64,000 nucleotides of DNA from NCBI GenBank assembly GCA_020851435.1, contig JADZCS010000246.1, forward strand, positions 6,783 to 70,782. The letters run 5' to 3'. The position numbers and the translations under genes are program-made. Positions 27,302-38,950 of the stretch are shown here, piece by piece. Positions within the stretch are counted from its first letter, which is position 1; every line of letters starts with the position of its first letter. The notes below the pieces were generated by a model. That model searched no databases. It saw nothing but the letters and a program-made list of their open reading frames with translations, and had not been told where the DNA came from. Source of the stretch: Gammaproteobacteria bacterium. Lineage in GTDB: Bacteria; Pseudomonadota; Gammaproteobacteria; Steroidobacterales; Steroidobacteraceae.

Positions 27302-28348
27302 ATGGCAAGACTGGACGTCGCACACTGGCTCGAATCCACCGTGGACGAGCCGCCGTGCGGACCTGACCTCGAGTACGACCAGCGCTTCCTGGCGCTGGAA
27401 CGGCTCGGGCAGATCAAGCCGGAGAAGGAGAGTGGCGGCGTCATCACGCCTGCGGAGGAGCCGGATTGGCGCGAGGTTCGGGAGGCCGCGGAGGAACTCA
27501 TGGAGGTCGCGCGCGACTTCCGGATCCTCAAGCACCTCGCGCTGGCCGGGTTGCGCCTCGAGGGCTTCGGGCCCTTTGCGGACAGCCTGCAGGTAGCGCA
27601 GGGCTGGCTGGAGAACTTCTGGGACGACGTGCATCCGAAGCTCGACCCGGACGATGGGGATCCCACCTTCCGGTCGAACGCCCTGCTGGATTTCTGCAAC
27701 CCGGACACGATGCTGAAGTTCCTGCGCACGACGCCCTTCGTGTCCTCGAGGGCCGTCGGGCGGTTCTCGCTGCGCGATTACCGCATCGCCACCAACAAGC
27801 TGAGCCTCCCTGAGGGTTCCGAAGAAACTCCGCCGACCGAAGCGGCGATCTCGGGCGCCTGCACGGACGTCTCGCTCGAGGATCTCCAGGCGACGGCTGC
27901 CGACCTCGGCGCTGCCTATGACGCCATCAAGGCCATCGACGCACTGCTGCTCGACCGGATCAGCGACCAGGCGCCCGACTTCAAGACACTGATCGCCGAC
28001 CTTTATGAATTGCGCAACGTGGTCAATGCGCAGGTCTCCGCGAGGACGGGCGGTGGCGACGAGGGCTACGGCGATGAAGGCGGGGGTGACGGAGAGTCCG
28101 GCGGAGGAGGGGGCGGGCGCGGCGTGTCGGTCGGCCAGGTCTCCATCAGGTCGCGCGACGACGTCGTCAAGCTGCTCGACCTCATCTGTCGTTATTACGA
28201 GTTGAACGAGCCGGCAAGCCCAGTGCCGCTTATTTGCCAGCGCGCGAAGTCGATGGTGACCATGAATTTCATCGACCTTCTCGCCAGCCTTGCGCCCGGG
28301 GGTGTGCCCGAGGCCAAGAATGTATTGGGAATCAAGGACGATTACTAA
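27302..28348 (+). CDS. tssA: T6SS protein TssA (ImpA N-terminal domain, short TssA1-type)
   Basis: ImpA_N signature (VDEPPCGPDLEYDQRFLALE). Gly/Asp/Glu-rich linker. Conserved C-terminus. SD GGGAGGGAAGG upstream. Starts only 33 nt after the exoprotein stop. Confidence 0.88.
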   Translation: MARLDVAHWLESTVDEPPCGPDLEYDQRFLALERLGQIKPEKESGGVITPAEEPDWREVREAAEELMEVARDFRILKHLALAGLRLEGFGPFADSLQVAQGWLENFWDDVHPKLDPDDGDPTFRSNALLDFCNPDTMLKFLRTTPFVSSRAVGRFSLRDYRIATNKLSLPEGSEETPPTEAAISGACTDVSLEDLQATAADLGAAYDAIKAIDALLLDRISDQAPDFKTLIADLYELRNVVNAQVSARTGGGDEGYGDEGGGDGESGGGGGGRGVSVGQVSIRSRDDVVKLLDLICRYYELNEPASPVPLICQRAKSMVTMNFIDLLASLAPGGVPEAKNVLGIKDDY

Positions 28349-28381
28349 GTTCGGTATTGATACCACCAGGAGGAGCCATCC

Positions 28382-28906
28382 GTGGCCAAGCAAAGCAGTC
28401 AGAAGTTCATCGCGCGGAATCGCGCGCCGCGTGTGCAGATCGAGTACGACGTCGAGGTCTTCGGGTCCCAGAAGAAGGTGCAGCTGCCCTTCGTCATGGG
28501 CGTCATGGCCGACCTTTCTGGCAAGAATGCCGAATTGCAGCCCGATTTCGCCGACCGCAAGTTCCTCGAGGTCGACGTCGACAACTTCGACGACCGCCTC
28601 AAGTCGATGAAGCCCCGCGTGCAGTTCACGGTCCCGAACACCCTGACGGGTGAGGGCAACATCCCGGTGGACATCACTTTCGAGAGTATGGACGACTTCT
28701 CGCCGGCGGCAGTCGCCCGCAAGGTCGAGGCCCTGTCGAAGCTGCTCGAGTCGCGCCAGCAGCTCGCGAATCTCGTGACGTTCATGGATGGCAAGGCGGG
28801 CGCCGAGAAGCTCGTGCAGGACCTCCTGAACGACCCGGCCCGCCTGCAGGCGGTTGTATCGCAGTCGCACGGCTCTGGCGGCGGCTCGTCGGACGAACAG
28901 GCTTAA
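28382..28906 (+). CDS. tssB: T6SS contractile sheath small subunit TssB (VipA)
   Basis: GTG start with AGGAGG upstream. Typical sequence KFIARNRAPRVQIEYDVE...LPFVMGVMADLSGK. Confidence 0.95.
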   Translation: MAKQSSQKFIARNRAPRVQIEYDVEVFGSQKKVQLPFVMGVMADLSGKNAELQPDFADRKFLEVDVDNFDDRLKSMKPRVQFTVPNTLTGEGNIPVDITFESMDDFSPAAVARKVEALSKLLESRQQLANLVTFMDGKAGAEKLVQDLLNDPARLQAVVSQSHGSGGGSSDEQA

Positions 28907-28919
28907 GGAGCAGGCAGTC

Positions 28920-30407
28920 ATGGCAGAACTAGAACGGCAGGCACAGGCCGGCGTACAGACACTCGAGGGGGGGGACTTCGCAGCGCTGCTGCAGAAGGAA
29001 TTCAAGCCTCGCACGGATCGCGCGCGCCAGGAGATCGAGTCGGCGGTGCGCACGCTCGCCGAGCAGGTGCTCGAGGGCACCCCGATCGTTTCGGACGACG
29101 TGATCAGCTCGATCAACGGTCTCATCGCCGAGATCGACTCGAAGCTCACGCAGCAGATCAACCAGATCATCCACCACGCCGAGTTCCAGCAGCTCGAGGG
29201 CGCGTGGCGCGGTCTCCACTACCTGGTGAACAACACCGAGACCGACGAGCAGCTCAAGATCCGCGTGTTCAACACGTCGAAGAAGGAGCTCTCCAAGCAG
29301 CTCAAGAAGTACAAGGGCACGGCCTGGGACCAGAGCCCGCTCTTCAAGAAGGTCTATGAGCAGGAATACGGCCAGCTGGGTGGCGAGCCGTACGGCTGCC
29401 TCGTCGGCGACTTCCAGTTCGACCACAGCCCGCAGGACGTCGAGCTGCTCACGCAGGTCGCCCAGGTGGCTGGCTCGGCCCACGCGCCTTTCCTCGCCGC
29501 GGCCTCCTCGTCGCTGATGCAGATGGAAAGCTGGCAGGAACTGGCCAATCCGCGTGACCTCGCGAAGATCTTCCAGACCCCGGACTACGCCGCCTGGCGC
29601 TCGTTCCGCGAGTCGGATGATTCGCGCTACGTTGCGCTGACGATGCCGCGGTTCCTGGCGCGCCTTCCTTACGGGGCCAAGACCAACCCGGTTGAGGAGT
29701 TCTCGTTCGAGGAAGAGACCGAAGGCGCCGACTCGGCCAAGTACTGCTGGGCCAACTCGGCCTATGCAATGGCCGTCAACATCAACCGTGCGTTCAAGGC
29801 GTACGGCTGGTGCACGCGCATCCGTGGCGTGGAGTCGGGCGGCGTGGTCGAGGGACTGCCGGTCCACAGCTTCCCGTCGGACGACGGCGGCGTGGACATG
29901 AAGTGCCCGACCGAGATCGCGATCAGCGACCGTCGCGAGGCCGAGCTGTCGCGCAGCGGCCTGCTGCCGCTGGTGCACCGCAAGGGCACCGACCTGGCAG
30001 CGTTCATCGGCGCGCAGACCCTCCAGAAGCCGACCGAGTACGAGAACCCGGATGCCACGGCAAACGCAGCGCTGTCGGCCCGCCTGCCGTACATCTTCTC
30101 GACCTGTCGCTTCGCCCACTACCTGAAGTGCATCGTGCGCGACAAGGTGGGCTCGTTCTCGGACCGCAACTCGCTGCAGCGCTTCCTCAACGACTGGATC
30201 ATGCAGTACGTTGACGGCAATCCCGAGTCGTCGTCGGAGGAGACCAAGGCGAAGCACCCGCTCGCGGGCGCCGAGGTGGTCGTCGAGGAGATCGAGGGCC
30301 AGCCGGGCTACTATTCCTCGAAGTTCTTCCTGAAGCCGCATTACCAGCTGGAAGGCCTCACCGTGTCCTTGCGCCTCACGGCCAAGCTCCCGTCCGGGGC
30401 GAAGTAA
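28920..30407 (+). CDS. tssC: T6SS contractile sheath large subunit TssC (VipB)
   Basis: ATG 28920 with AAGGAG 11 nt upstream, giving 495 aa. The ORF-track start 28854 would overlap tssB. Typical TssC sequence throughout (e.g. LPYGAKTNPVEEFSFEE, HYQLEGLTVSLRL). Confidence 0.95.
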   Translation: MAELERQAQAGVQTLEGGDFAALLQKEFKPRTDRARQEIESAVRTLAEQVLEGTPIVSDDVISSINGLIAEIDSKLTQQINQIIHHAEFQQLEGAWRGLHYLVNNTETDEQLKIRVFNTSKKELSKQLKKYKGTAWDQSPLFKKVYEQEYGQLGGEPYGCLVGDFQFDHSPQDVELLTQVAQVAGSAHAPFLAAASSSLMQMESWQELANPRDLAKIFQTPDYAAWRSFRESDDSRYVALTMPRFLARLPYGAKTNPVEEFSFEEETEGADSAKYCWANSAYAMAVNINRAFKAYGWCTRIRGVESGGVVEGLPVHSFPSDDGGVDMKCPTEIAISDRREAELSRSGLLPLVHRKGTDLAAFIGAQTLQKPTEYENPDATANAALSARLPYIFSTCRFAHYLKCIVRDKVGSFSDRNSLQRFLNDWIMQYVDGNPESSSEETKAKHPLAGAEVVVEEIEGQPGYYSSKFFLKPHYQLEGLTVSLRLTAKLPSGAK

Positions 30408-30421
30408 CCCGGGAAAGCACA

Positions 30422-30456
30422 GGGCGCTCGCCTTCGGGCGGGCGCCCCTCGATTTT
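30422..30456 (+). terminator. Hairpin with short T-run between tssC and hcp (partial terminator or processing element)
   Basis: GGGCGCTCGCC (30422-30432), TTCG loop, GGCGGGCGCCC (30437-30447): 11 bp including one G-U pair. It is followed by CTCGATTTTA. Confidence 0.45.
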
Positions 30457-30482
30457 AGAACTTACTTGAAGGAGATCTGCAC

Positions 30483-30965
30483 ATGGCAATGGATATGTTC
30501 ATCAAGATCGGCGAACTCGCTGGCGAGTCCGGCGATTCCGTCCACAAGGATTCCATCGACGTCCTGGCATGGAGCTGGGGCCTGTCGAATTCCGGCAGCG
30601 CACACTCTGGCGGCGGCGCCGGCGCCGGCAAGGTCAACGTCCAGGACCTGTCGTTCACGAAGTGGGTCGATCGTTCGTCGCCGGAGCTCATGCTGGCCTG
30701 CGCCAACGGCAAGCACTTTGACAAGGCGTTGCTTACGCTGCGCAAGGCCGGCGAGAAGCCGGTCGAGTATCTCAAGCTCAACCTCGAGGACCTCATGATC
30801 ACGTCGCTGTCGACTGGTGGCAGCGGTGGCGAAGACCGCCTCACCGAGAACGTGACGCTGAGCTTTGCGAAGTACAAGATCGAGTACACGCCGCAGAAGA
30901 AGGACGGTTCGGCGGACAAGGTCGTCCGTACGGGCTGGGACATCAAGGCCAACGTCAAGACCTGA
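30483..30965 (+). CDS. hcp: T6SS inner tube protein Hcp (TssD)
   Basis: 160 aa. MAMDMFIKIGELAGESGDSVHKDSIDVLAWSWGLSNSG is a classic Hcp1 N-terminus. SD GAAGGAG upstream. Confidence 0.96.
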   Translation: MAMDMFIKIGELAGESGDSVHKDSIDVLAWSWGLSNSGSAHSGGGAGAGKVNVQDLSFTKWVDRSSPELMLACANGKHFDKALLTLRKAGEKPVEYLKLNLEDLMITSLSTGGSGGEDRLTENVTLSFAKYKIEYTPQKKDGSADKVVRTGWDIKANVKT

Positions 30966-30982
30966 TCCGGGTCCGACGGTCC

Positions 30983-31025
30983 GCGGGCATGGGACGGCCG
31001 CAGTCCCATGCCCGCTTCGCTTGTG
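30983..31025 (+). terminator. Strong hairpin downstream of hcp (terminator or mRNA-stabilising element)
   Basis: GCGGGCATGGGAC (30983-30995), 7-nt loop, GTCCCATGCCCGC (31003-31015): a perfect 13-bp stem. It is followed by TTCGCTTGTG, which is only moderately T-rich. Confidence 0.5.
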
Positions 31026-31046
31026 GGTCGGGTCACTGGAGCAATC

Positions 31047-31880
31047 ATGAAGAGCAAGGCCGAGTCGCTGATTCGAGACGGGCAGTTGGTCGAGGGCCTT
31101 GCCGTGCTTCAGGCGGAAATCCGCAGTAATCCTTCCGACGCCGCGCTGCGCACCTTCCTGTTCCAGTTGCTCGCGATCGAGGGCCAGTGGGATCGCGCGC
31201 TGACACAGCTCAATGTCGCCGGCGACCTCGATGCCGGGGCGCTGCTGATGGTCCAGTCCTACCGTGCCGCATTGCGGTCCGAAGCGCTGCGTGCCGAGGT
31301 CTTTGCGGGCAAGCGCGCACCGATGGTGCTGGGCGAGCCGGATGCCTGGATGGCGCGACTGATCCAGGCGCTGAGCCTGTCGGCCGCAGGTCGCCATGCC
31401 GAGGCCCGCCAGTTGCGCGACGAAGCTTTCGAAGCCGCCCCGGCCACGTCCGGGCGCATCAATGGCGAGACCTTCGAGTGGATCGCGGATGCCGATCCCC
31501 GCATCGGCCCCTGCCTGGAAGCCATTCTCGACGGTGGTTATTACTGGATCCCGTTTTCACGCCTGTCCGAGATCAGGACCGAGAAGCCCGCCGACCTCCG
31601 TGATCTCGTCTGGCTTCCCGCCGACCTGACCCTGTCGAATGGCGGGCAGATCGTGGCCTTCATCCCCACGCGCTATGCGGGCTCCGAGAAGGGCGACACG
31701 GCCATCAAGATGGCGCGGCGCACCGAGTGGGCCGGAGACAGCGACGACGCGGTCGCCGGACTCGGGCAGCGGCTGCTGGCCACCGACCAGGGCGAATACT
31801 CCCTCCTCGACGTCCGCCTCGTCGGCTTCGACACGGCCGTGGCATCCGACGCTGCGGCAGGGACGACTGATCCCCAATGA
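31047..31880 (+). CDS. tagJ: T6SS accessory protein TagJ (ImpE family, TPR-like)
   Basis: ATG 31047 with GGAG 8 nt upstream. The ORF-track start 31008 lies inside the hcp-distal hairpin. ImpE-like N-terminus (LIRDGQLVEGLAVLQAEIRSNPSDAALRTFLFQLL). Position between hcp and tssE matches H1-type clusters. Confidence 0.8.
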   Translation: MKSKAESLIRDGQLVEGLAVLQAEIRSNPSDAALRTFLFQLLAIEGQWDRALTQLNVAGDLDAGALLMVQSYRAALRSEALRAEVFAGKRAPMVLGEPDAWMARLIQALSLSAAGRHAEARQLRDEAFEAAPATSGRINGETFEWIADADPRIGPCLEAILDGGYYWIPFSRLSEIRTEKPADLRDLVWLPADLTLSNGGQIVAFIPTRYAGSEKGDTAIKMARRTEWAGDSDDAVAGLGQRLLATDQGEYSLLDVRLVGFDTAVASDAAAGTTDPQ

Positions 31881-32386
31881 TGAACGATGCCGCGCGCCAG
31901 CAGGACCGCCTGCGCCCGTCGCTGCTCGAGCGTCTCACGGACGATGCCCCGACCCAGAAGGTGGAGGCACGCGACCGCCGGCAGGGATCGGAGCAGCGCC
32001 TGCGCGAAAGCGTGCTTCGTGATCTCGGCTGGCTAATGAACTGCACCAGCCTCGAGTCGCAGGTCGACCTGGACGACTATCCTTTCATCAAGGCGTCCGT
32101 CATCAACTTCGGTGTCCCCGAGTTCAGCGGAGTGGTGCTGGCGACCCTGGATGCGCCGGAACTCGAGGAACGCATCCGCGCCGCCATCCTGCGCTTCGAG
32201 CCACGCATCATCCCCGAGAGCCTGGTGGTCAGGTGCAGGACGGACCGCAACGCCATGAGCCTGCATTCGCTGGGGTTCGACATCAAGGCCGACGTGCGCG
32301 CCGATCCCATGCCGCTGCCGCTGGCACTGCGCACGCAGATCGACGTCGAGTCGAACGATGTGATCATCACCGAGCAGGCGCGCTGA
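31877..32386 (+). CDS. tssE: T6SS baseplate protein TssE (gp25-like)
   Basis: ATGA overlap with the tagJ stop. RPSLLERLTDD... and GVPEFSG motifs are typical of TssE. Confidence 0.9.
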   Translation: MMNDAARQQDRLRPSLLERLTDDAPTQKVEARDRRQGSEQRLRESVLRDLGWLMNCTSLESQVDLDDYPFIKASVINFGVPEFSGVVLATLDAPELEERIRAAILRFEPRIIPESLVVRCRTDRNAMSLHSLGFDIKADVRADPMPLPLALRTQIDVESNDVIITEQAR

Positions 32387-32387
32387 C

Positions 32388-34268
32388 ATGGACCCGAGAC
32401 TGCTGCGCCATTACAACGACGAACTTCGCTACCTGCGCGACATGGGCGGGGAGTTCGCGCGTGAGTTCCCGAAGATCGCCGCGCGCCTGGCGATGGACGA
32501 GAACGACTGCGCAGACCCGTACGTCGAGCGCCTGCTGGAGGGCTTTGCGTTCCTCGCGGCCCGCATCCAGCTGGAGGCCACCTCGCAGTACCCGAGGTTC
32601 ACCCAGAACCTGCTGCAGACCCTCTACCCGAACTACTTCGTGCCCATGCCGGCGATGGCTGTCGTCCAGTTCGAGCCGGACCTGCGCGAGGCCGGGCTTG
32701 CGCGCGGCCAGGTCCTCCCGAGGCAGACGGCGCTGAAAACTGCGGTGACGGGCAAGGGCGGCGGATCCCAGTGCGAGTACCGAACCGGCCACGACGTACG
32801 CCTGTATCCGCTGCGGATCACCGAGGCGCAGTACATTCCGACGGCCGCCGCCTTGTCGGCGTCGGGATTGCCGGCGCCGCGCGAGGCCAAGGCCGGAATA
32901 CGCATCAGCTTCGAGGTCACCGCCGGCGTCAATGCCTGCCAGCTGCAGCTCGACCAGCTGCCGATCTTCCTGGGCACCACCGCCCAGCTCGCCAAGTCGC
33001 TGCACGAGCAGCTTCACGCCGATTCGCTGGGCGTCATCGTGCGTGGCAAGGCACCGGGAAGCATGCCGCATGTGCTGGGGCGCGATGCGATCCAGCGCAT
33101 GGGCTACGAGGATTCCGAGGCCCTGCTGCCGGTCGGGTATCGCTGGTTCGGCGGTTTCCGGCTGCTTCAGGAATACATCACGCTGCCGGAGCGGTTCCTG
33201 TTCACGGCTTTTTCGGGACTGCAGGCAGCGCTGTCATCCATTGAAGGGAATCGCTTCGACATCGTCGTGCTCCTCGACCGTTCCGTGCCGGGCATCGAGG
33301 CGAACCTCGACGCGCGGGCCTTCCGCCTGTTCTGCACGCCGATCATCAACCTGTTCCCGCGCCGGGCGGACCGGGTGCACATCGAGGCTGGCGTCACGGA
33401 GTACGGCGTCGTTCCGGACCGGACTCGGACGCTGGATTTCGAGGTGTTCGAGGTCAGGGGTGTCGAGGGCTTCGGCAGCGGCGCCGCCGCGGAAACGGTC
33501 TTCCAGCCATTTTACGGCGGGACCAACCTCACGGCCCACGAGCCACACCAGGCGTTCTTCTCGGTCAACCGCCGGCCTCGCGTGCTGTCGGCCAAGGAGC
33601 GCCTGCAGGGCTCGCGGACGAACTACATCGGCTCCGAGGTCTTCGTGCAGCTGGTCGATCCGACCGAGGCGCCGATGTCCGTCAAGCTGCGCCAGCTGAG
33701 CATCGACACGCTGTGCACGAACCGCGACCTGCCCTTGCTGCAGCCGCTCGGCAAGGGCCAGACGGATTTCTCGCTGGACGTCAGCGCGCCCGTGGAGTCC
33801 GTTCGCGTACTCGTCGGGCCCAGCAAGCCGCGCAGCGCGCCGCCGCCGGGCGAGGCGCCCTGGCGCCTGATCAGCATGCTCGGCCTCAATTTCACGAGCC
33901 TGCTCGACGACGTTCGTTCCGGGGCGCCGGCGGCCGGCCTCAAGGAACTCCTGCAGTTGTTCATCGATCCTCACGACGACATTTCAGCCCGGCAGGTGGA
34001 GGGCCTGCGTTCCTGCGTCTCGCGCAGCATCGTTGCCCGGGTACCCGTGGCGGGGCCGCTGACCTTCGCGCGCGGCGCTGAAGTCACCCTGACCTGCGAG
34101 GACCAGGCGTTCGAGGGCAGCGGGGCATTCCTGCTCGGCGCCGTGCTCGACGAGTTCTTCGCGCGCTACGTCTCGATCAATTCCTTCACCCAGCTCGTGC
34201 TGCGCTCCACCGAGCGCGGCGAGGTAATGCGATGGCCGGTCAGGACGGGTCGCCGACCGGTCGTCTAG
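32388..34268 (+). CDS. tssF: T6SS baseplate protein TssF (ImpG/VasA)
   Basis: 626 aa. The N-terminus MDPRLLRHYNDELRYLRDMGGEFAREFPKIAARL is the TssF signature. Confidence 0.94.
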   Translation: MDPRLLRHYNDELRYLRDMGGEFAREFPKIAARLAMDENDCADPYVERLLEGFAFLAARIQLEATSQYPRFTQNLLQTLYPNYFVPMPAMAVVQFEPDLREAGLARGQVLPRQTALKTAVTGKGGGSQCEYRTGHDVRLYPLRITEAQYIPTAAALSASGLPAPREAKAGIRISFEVTAGVNACQLQLDQLPIFLGTTAQLAKSLHEQLHADSLGVIVRGKAPGSMPHVLGRDAIQRMGYEDSEALLPVGYRWFGGFRLLQEYITLPERFLFTAFSGLQAALSSIEGNRFDIVVLLDRSVPGIEANLDARAFRLFCTPIINLFPRRADRVHIEAGVTEYGVVPDRTRTLDFEVFEVRGVEGFGSGAAAETVFQPFYGGTNLTAHEPHQAFFSVNRRPRVLSAKERLQGSRTNYIGSEVFVQLVDPTEAPMSVKLRQLSIDTLCTNRDLPLLQPLGKGQTDFSLDVSAPVESVRVLVGPSKPRSAPPPGEAPWRLISMLGLNFTSLLDDVRSGAPAAGLKELLQLFIDPHDDISARQVEGLRSCVSRSIVARVPVAGPLTFARGAEVTLTCEDQAFEGSGAFLLGAVLDEFFARYVSINSFTQLVLRSTERGEVMRWPVRTGRRPVV

Positions 34269-35287
34269 CGGCCCTCGGGCCGCTGCTCAAGGATCCGCTT
34301 CGCTTCGAGGTATTCGAGGCCATGCGGAGGATCGAGGCCGCCCATCCCGAGCTGCCTCGTCTCGGGCGCGCGACCCGCGTGATCGACGATCCTGTCCGCT
34401 TGCGGCAGGAGGCTTCGCTGGCGTTCGCGCCCACGTCGATCACCACCTGCACGCAGGAAGAGGGCCAGCCGATCGTCCTGACGCAGCTGTTCTTCGGCCT
34501 GTGGGGGCCGCAGGGTGCGCTGCCGACGCACCTGACGGACTACGCGCGCGGCCGGGTGCGCAACGCCAAGGATCCGGCGCTCGTGCGCTTCGCGGACCTG
34601 TTCACGCACAGGATGCTGGAACTGCTGTACCGCACCTGGGCCGATGCGCGTCCGGTGTGCCATCTCGACCGGCCCGACGACGACCGCTACACCGCGTGGA
34701 TGGGCGCCCTGGTCGGCTTCGGTACTGCCGCCGCGCGCGCGCGGTCGGCGTTGCCGGACGCGATCCCGTTGTTCTTCGGCAGTCGCTTCGCGATGGCGAC
34801 CCGGAATGCCGAAGGCCTGCGTACCTGCATCGAGAAATACTTCGGCCTGCGTTGTGCGGTCGAGCAGTGGGTTCCGGCCTGGATGAACCTGACGCCGGAG
34901 AGCTACTCCCGGCTGGGGCAGCCCGGCCAGGGTTCCAGGCTGGGCGAGGGCGCGGTGCTCGGCGAAAACGTCTGGAGCTGCCAGCACCGTTTCCGCGTGG
35001 TGCTCGGGCCTACCACCCTCAAGCGGCTCAAGCGATTCCTGCCGGGTGAGGGCACGCTGCGTCGCCTGACCGCCCTGGTCGAAGCCTATGCCGGCCCTGA
35101 ATTCGACTGGGAACTGCAGGTCCTGATGGTGCCCAGCGAGGTCCCGCCGCTGCAGCTCGGCACCGATGCGCGACTCGGCTGGACCACCTGGCTGCCGCAG
35201 CAGGGCCGGACCCGCAACGTGGGCGACTACACCATCAATGCCGCAAGGCTGCAGGCGGAGCACGCGTCCGTCGCGGCCGTTGCCTGA
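34232..35287 (+). CDS. tssG: T6SS baseplate protein TssG (ImpH)
   Basis: 351 aa. RFEVFEAMRRIEAAHPELPRLG is typical of TssG. It overlaps the tssF 3' end by 37 nt, and no later in-frame start is evident. Confidence 0.9.
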   Translation: MAGQDGSPTGRLAALGPLLKDPLRFEVFEAMRRIEAAHPELPRLGRATRVIDDPVRLRQEASLAFAPTSITTCTQEEGQPIVLTQLFFGLWGPQGALPTHLTDYARGRVRNAKDPALVRFADLFTHRMLELLYRTWADARPVCHLDRPDDDRYTAWMGALVGFGTAAARARSALPDAIPLFFGSRFAMATRNAEGLRTCIEKYFGLRCAVEQWVPAWMNLTPESYSRLGQPGQGSRLGEGAVLGENVWSCQHRFRVVLGPTTLKRLKRFLPGEGTLRRLTALVEAYAGPEFDWELQVLMVPSEVPPLQLGTDARLGWTTWLPQQGRTRNVGDYTINAARLQAEHASVAAVA

Positions 35288-35338
35288 CGCCATCGATTCA
35301 AGACACCAGAAAAGAACCGTCCCAGGAGGGGAAGACAA

Positions 35339-38071
<2,733 letters not shown>

Positions 38072-38074
38072 ACG

Positions 38075-38797
38075 ATGACGACCCCGATGAAAGTGGCGAT
38101 CTGCGTGCCGGCGGGCGATTCGGTGGGTACCGAGTTCGCCAGCGACCTGACCGGCCTGGTCGCCTACCAGGCGACGCGGCAGCCTGCAGGGTCCAGCCTG
38201 CAGGTGTTCTTCTCCAAGGGCGGGCAGCCGGCCGTCCAGCGCTGTGACCTCGTGAGGCTGGCGCTGGGGGCGGGGGCCGACTGGCTGCTGTGGCTGTCGC
38301 CCGACATGCGTTTCCCGCGCGGGGCGCTCGAGCGCCTGCTGAGTCTCGAAACGGCGGTCGTCGGCGCCAATTACCTGGCGCCGGTGTCCCCGTTCCTGCC
38401 TGTGGCGGCAAAGTCCCTCGATCCCGAAACCCGCATCCGCACCGAGAAGAGCTCGTCGGGGCTGGAGTTCGTGCAGGCCACCGGCATGGGGCTGCTGCTC
38501 ACGTCGGCCGAGGTGTTCAGGAAGCTGCCGGAGCCCTGGTTCATGGTCGGCTTCAACGCCGATTCGAAGAGCTACTTCGGCGAAGAACTCTACTTCTGCC
38601 GGCGCGTCACTGAGGCTGGCTACCGGATCGTCATCGACCACGACCTGTCGAAACTGGTTGGCCGTAGCGGAACCTATGAGTACCGCGAGGACACGATTAC
38701 GCGCCCCAAGGCCCCAGCCAAGGCCCGCGCGGCTGCGCCCGCGGAGGCCGCGCCTGCGCAAAAGAAGTCAACAAAAGCAAATAAATCAACTACATAG
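38075..38797 (+). CDS. GT-A-fold (family-2-like) glycosyltransferase-like protein with a Lys/Ala/Pro-rich C-terminal tail
   Basis: ATG lies 3 nt after the clpV TAA. Pattern KVAICVPAG....F..SL, WLLWLSPDMRF (D-x-D-like position), GANY, PEPWF and EELYFCRR....GYRIVIDH resembles small GT2-like transferases as I recall them. The tail is PKAPAKARAAAPAEAAPAQKKSTKANKSTT. The family call is from memory only. Confidence 0.45.
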   Translation: MTTPMKVAICVPAGDSVGTEFASDLTGLVAYQATRQPAGSSLQVFFSKGGQPAVQRCDLVRLALGAGADWLLWLSPDMRFPRGALERLLSLETAVVGANYLAPVSPFLPVAAKSLDPETRIRTEKSSSGLEFVQATGMGLLLTSAEVFRKLPEPWFMVGFNADSKSYFGEELYFCRRVTEAGYRIVIDHDLSKLVGRSGTYEYREDTITRPKAPAKARAAAPAEAAPAQKKSTKANKSTT

Positions 38798-38849
38798 AGC
38801 GCTTTAGTAACACCGTTATGAGCTTTTTCCGAATTCCATATCGGTGTGA

Positions 38850-38943
38850 AAATCCCCGTTGATCGCCGCGAAGTTTTGTATATAGTTCGCGACCCCCGCC
38901 AGTCTGGCCCCGGGGGTGTATGTCGCTGATCCAACGGGGATTT
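38850..38943 (+). ncRNA. Structured leader / candidate cis-regulatory RNA (outer stem enclosing two hairpins)
   Basis: Outer stem: 38850-38864 (AAATCCCCGTTGATC) pairs with 38928-38943 (GATCCAACGGGGATTT), 15 bp with one bulged C. Hairpin A: CGCGAA 38867-38872 / TTCGCG 38886-38891. Hairpin B: ACCCCCG 38892-38898 / CGGGGGT 38911-38917. The element ends 7 nt before the ATG at 38951. Confidence 0.4.
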
Positions 38944-38950
38944 CGAGCCA

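Noticed and set aside
22766-29170. 2134-aa minus-strand ORF spanning the exoprotein 3' half, tssA and tssB
   Set aside because: It crosses three independent, strongly supported + strand genes and their intergenic SD sites. Its translation is a monotonous R/G/D/A repeat, the mirror of the T/A/G/S/V coding repeats.
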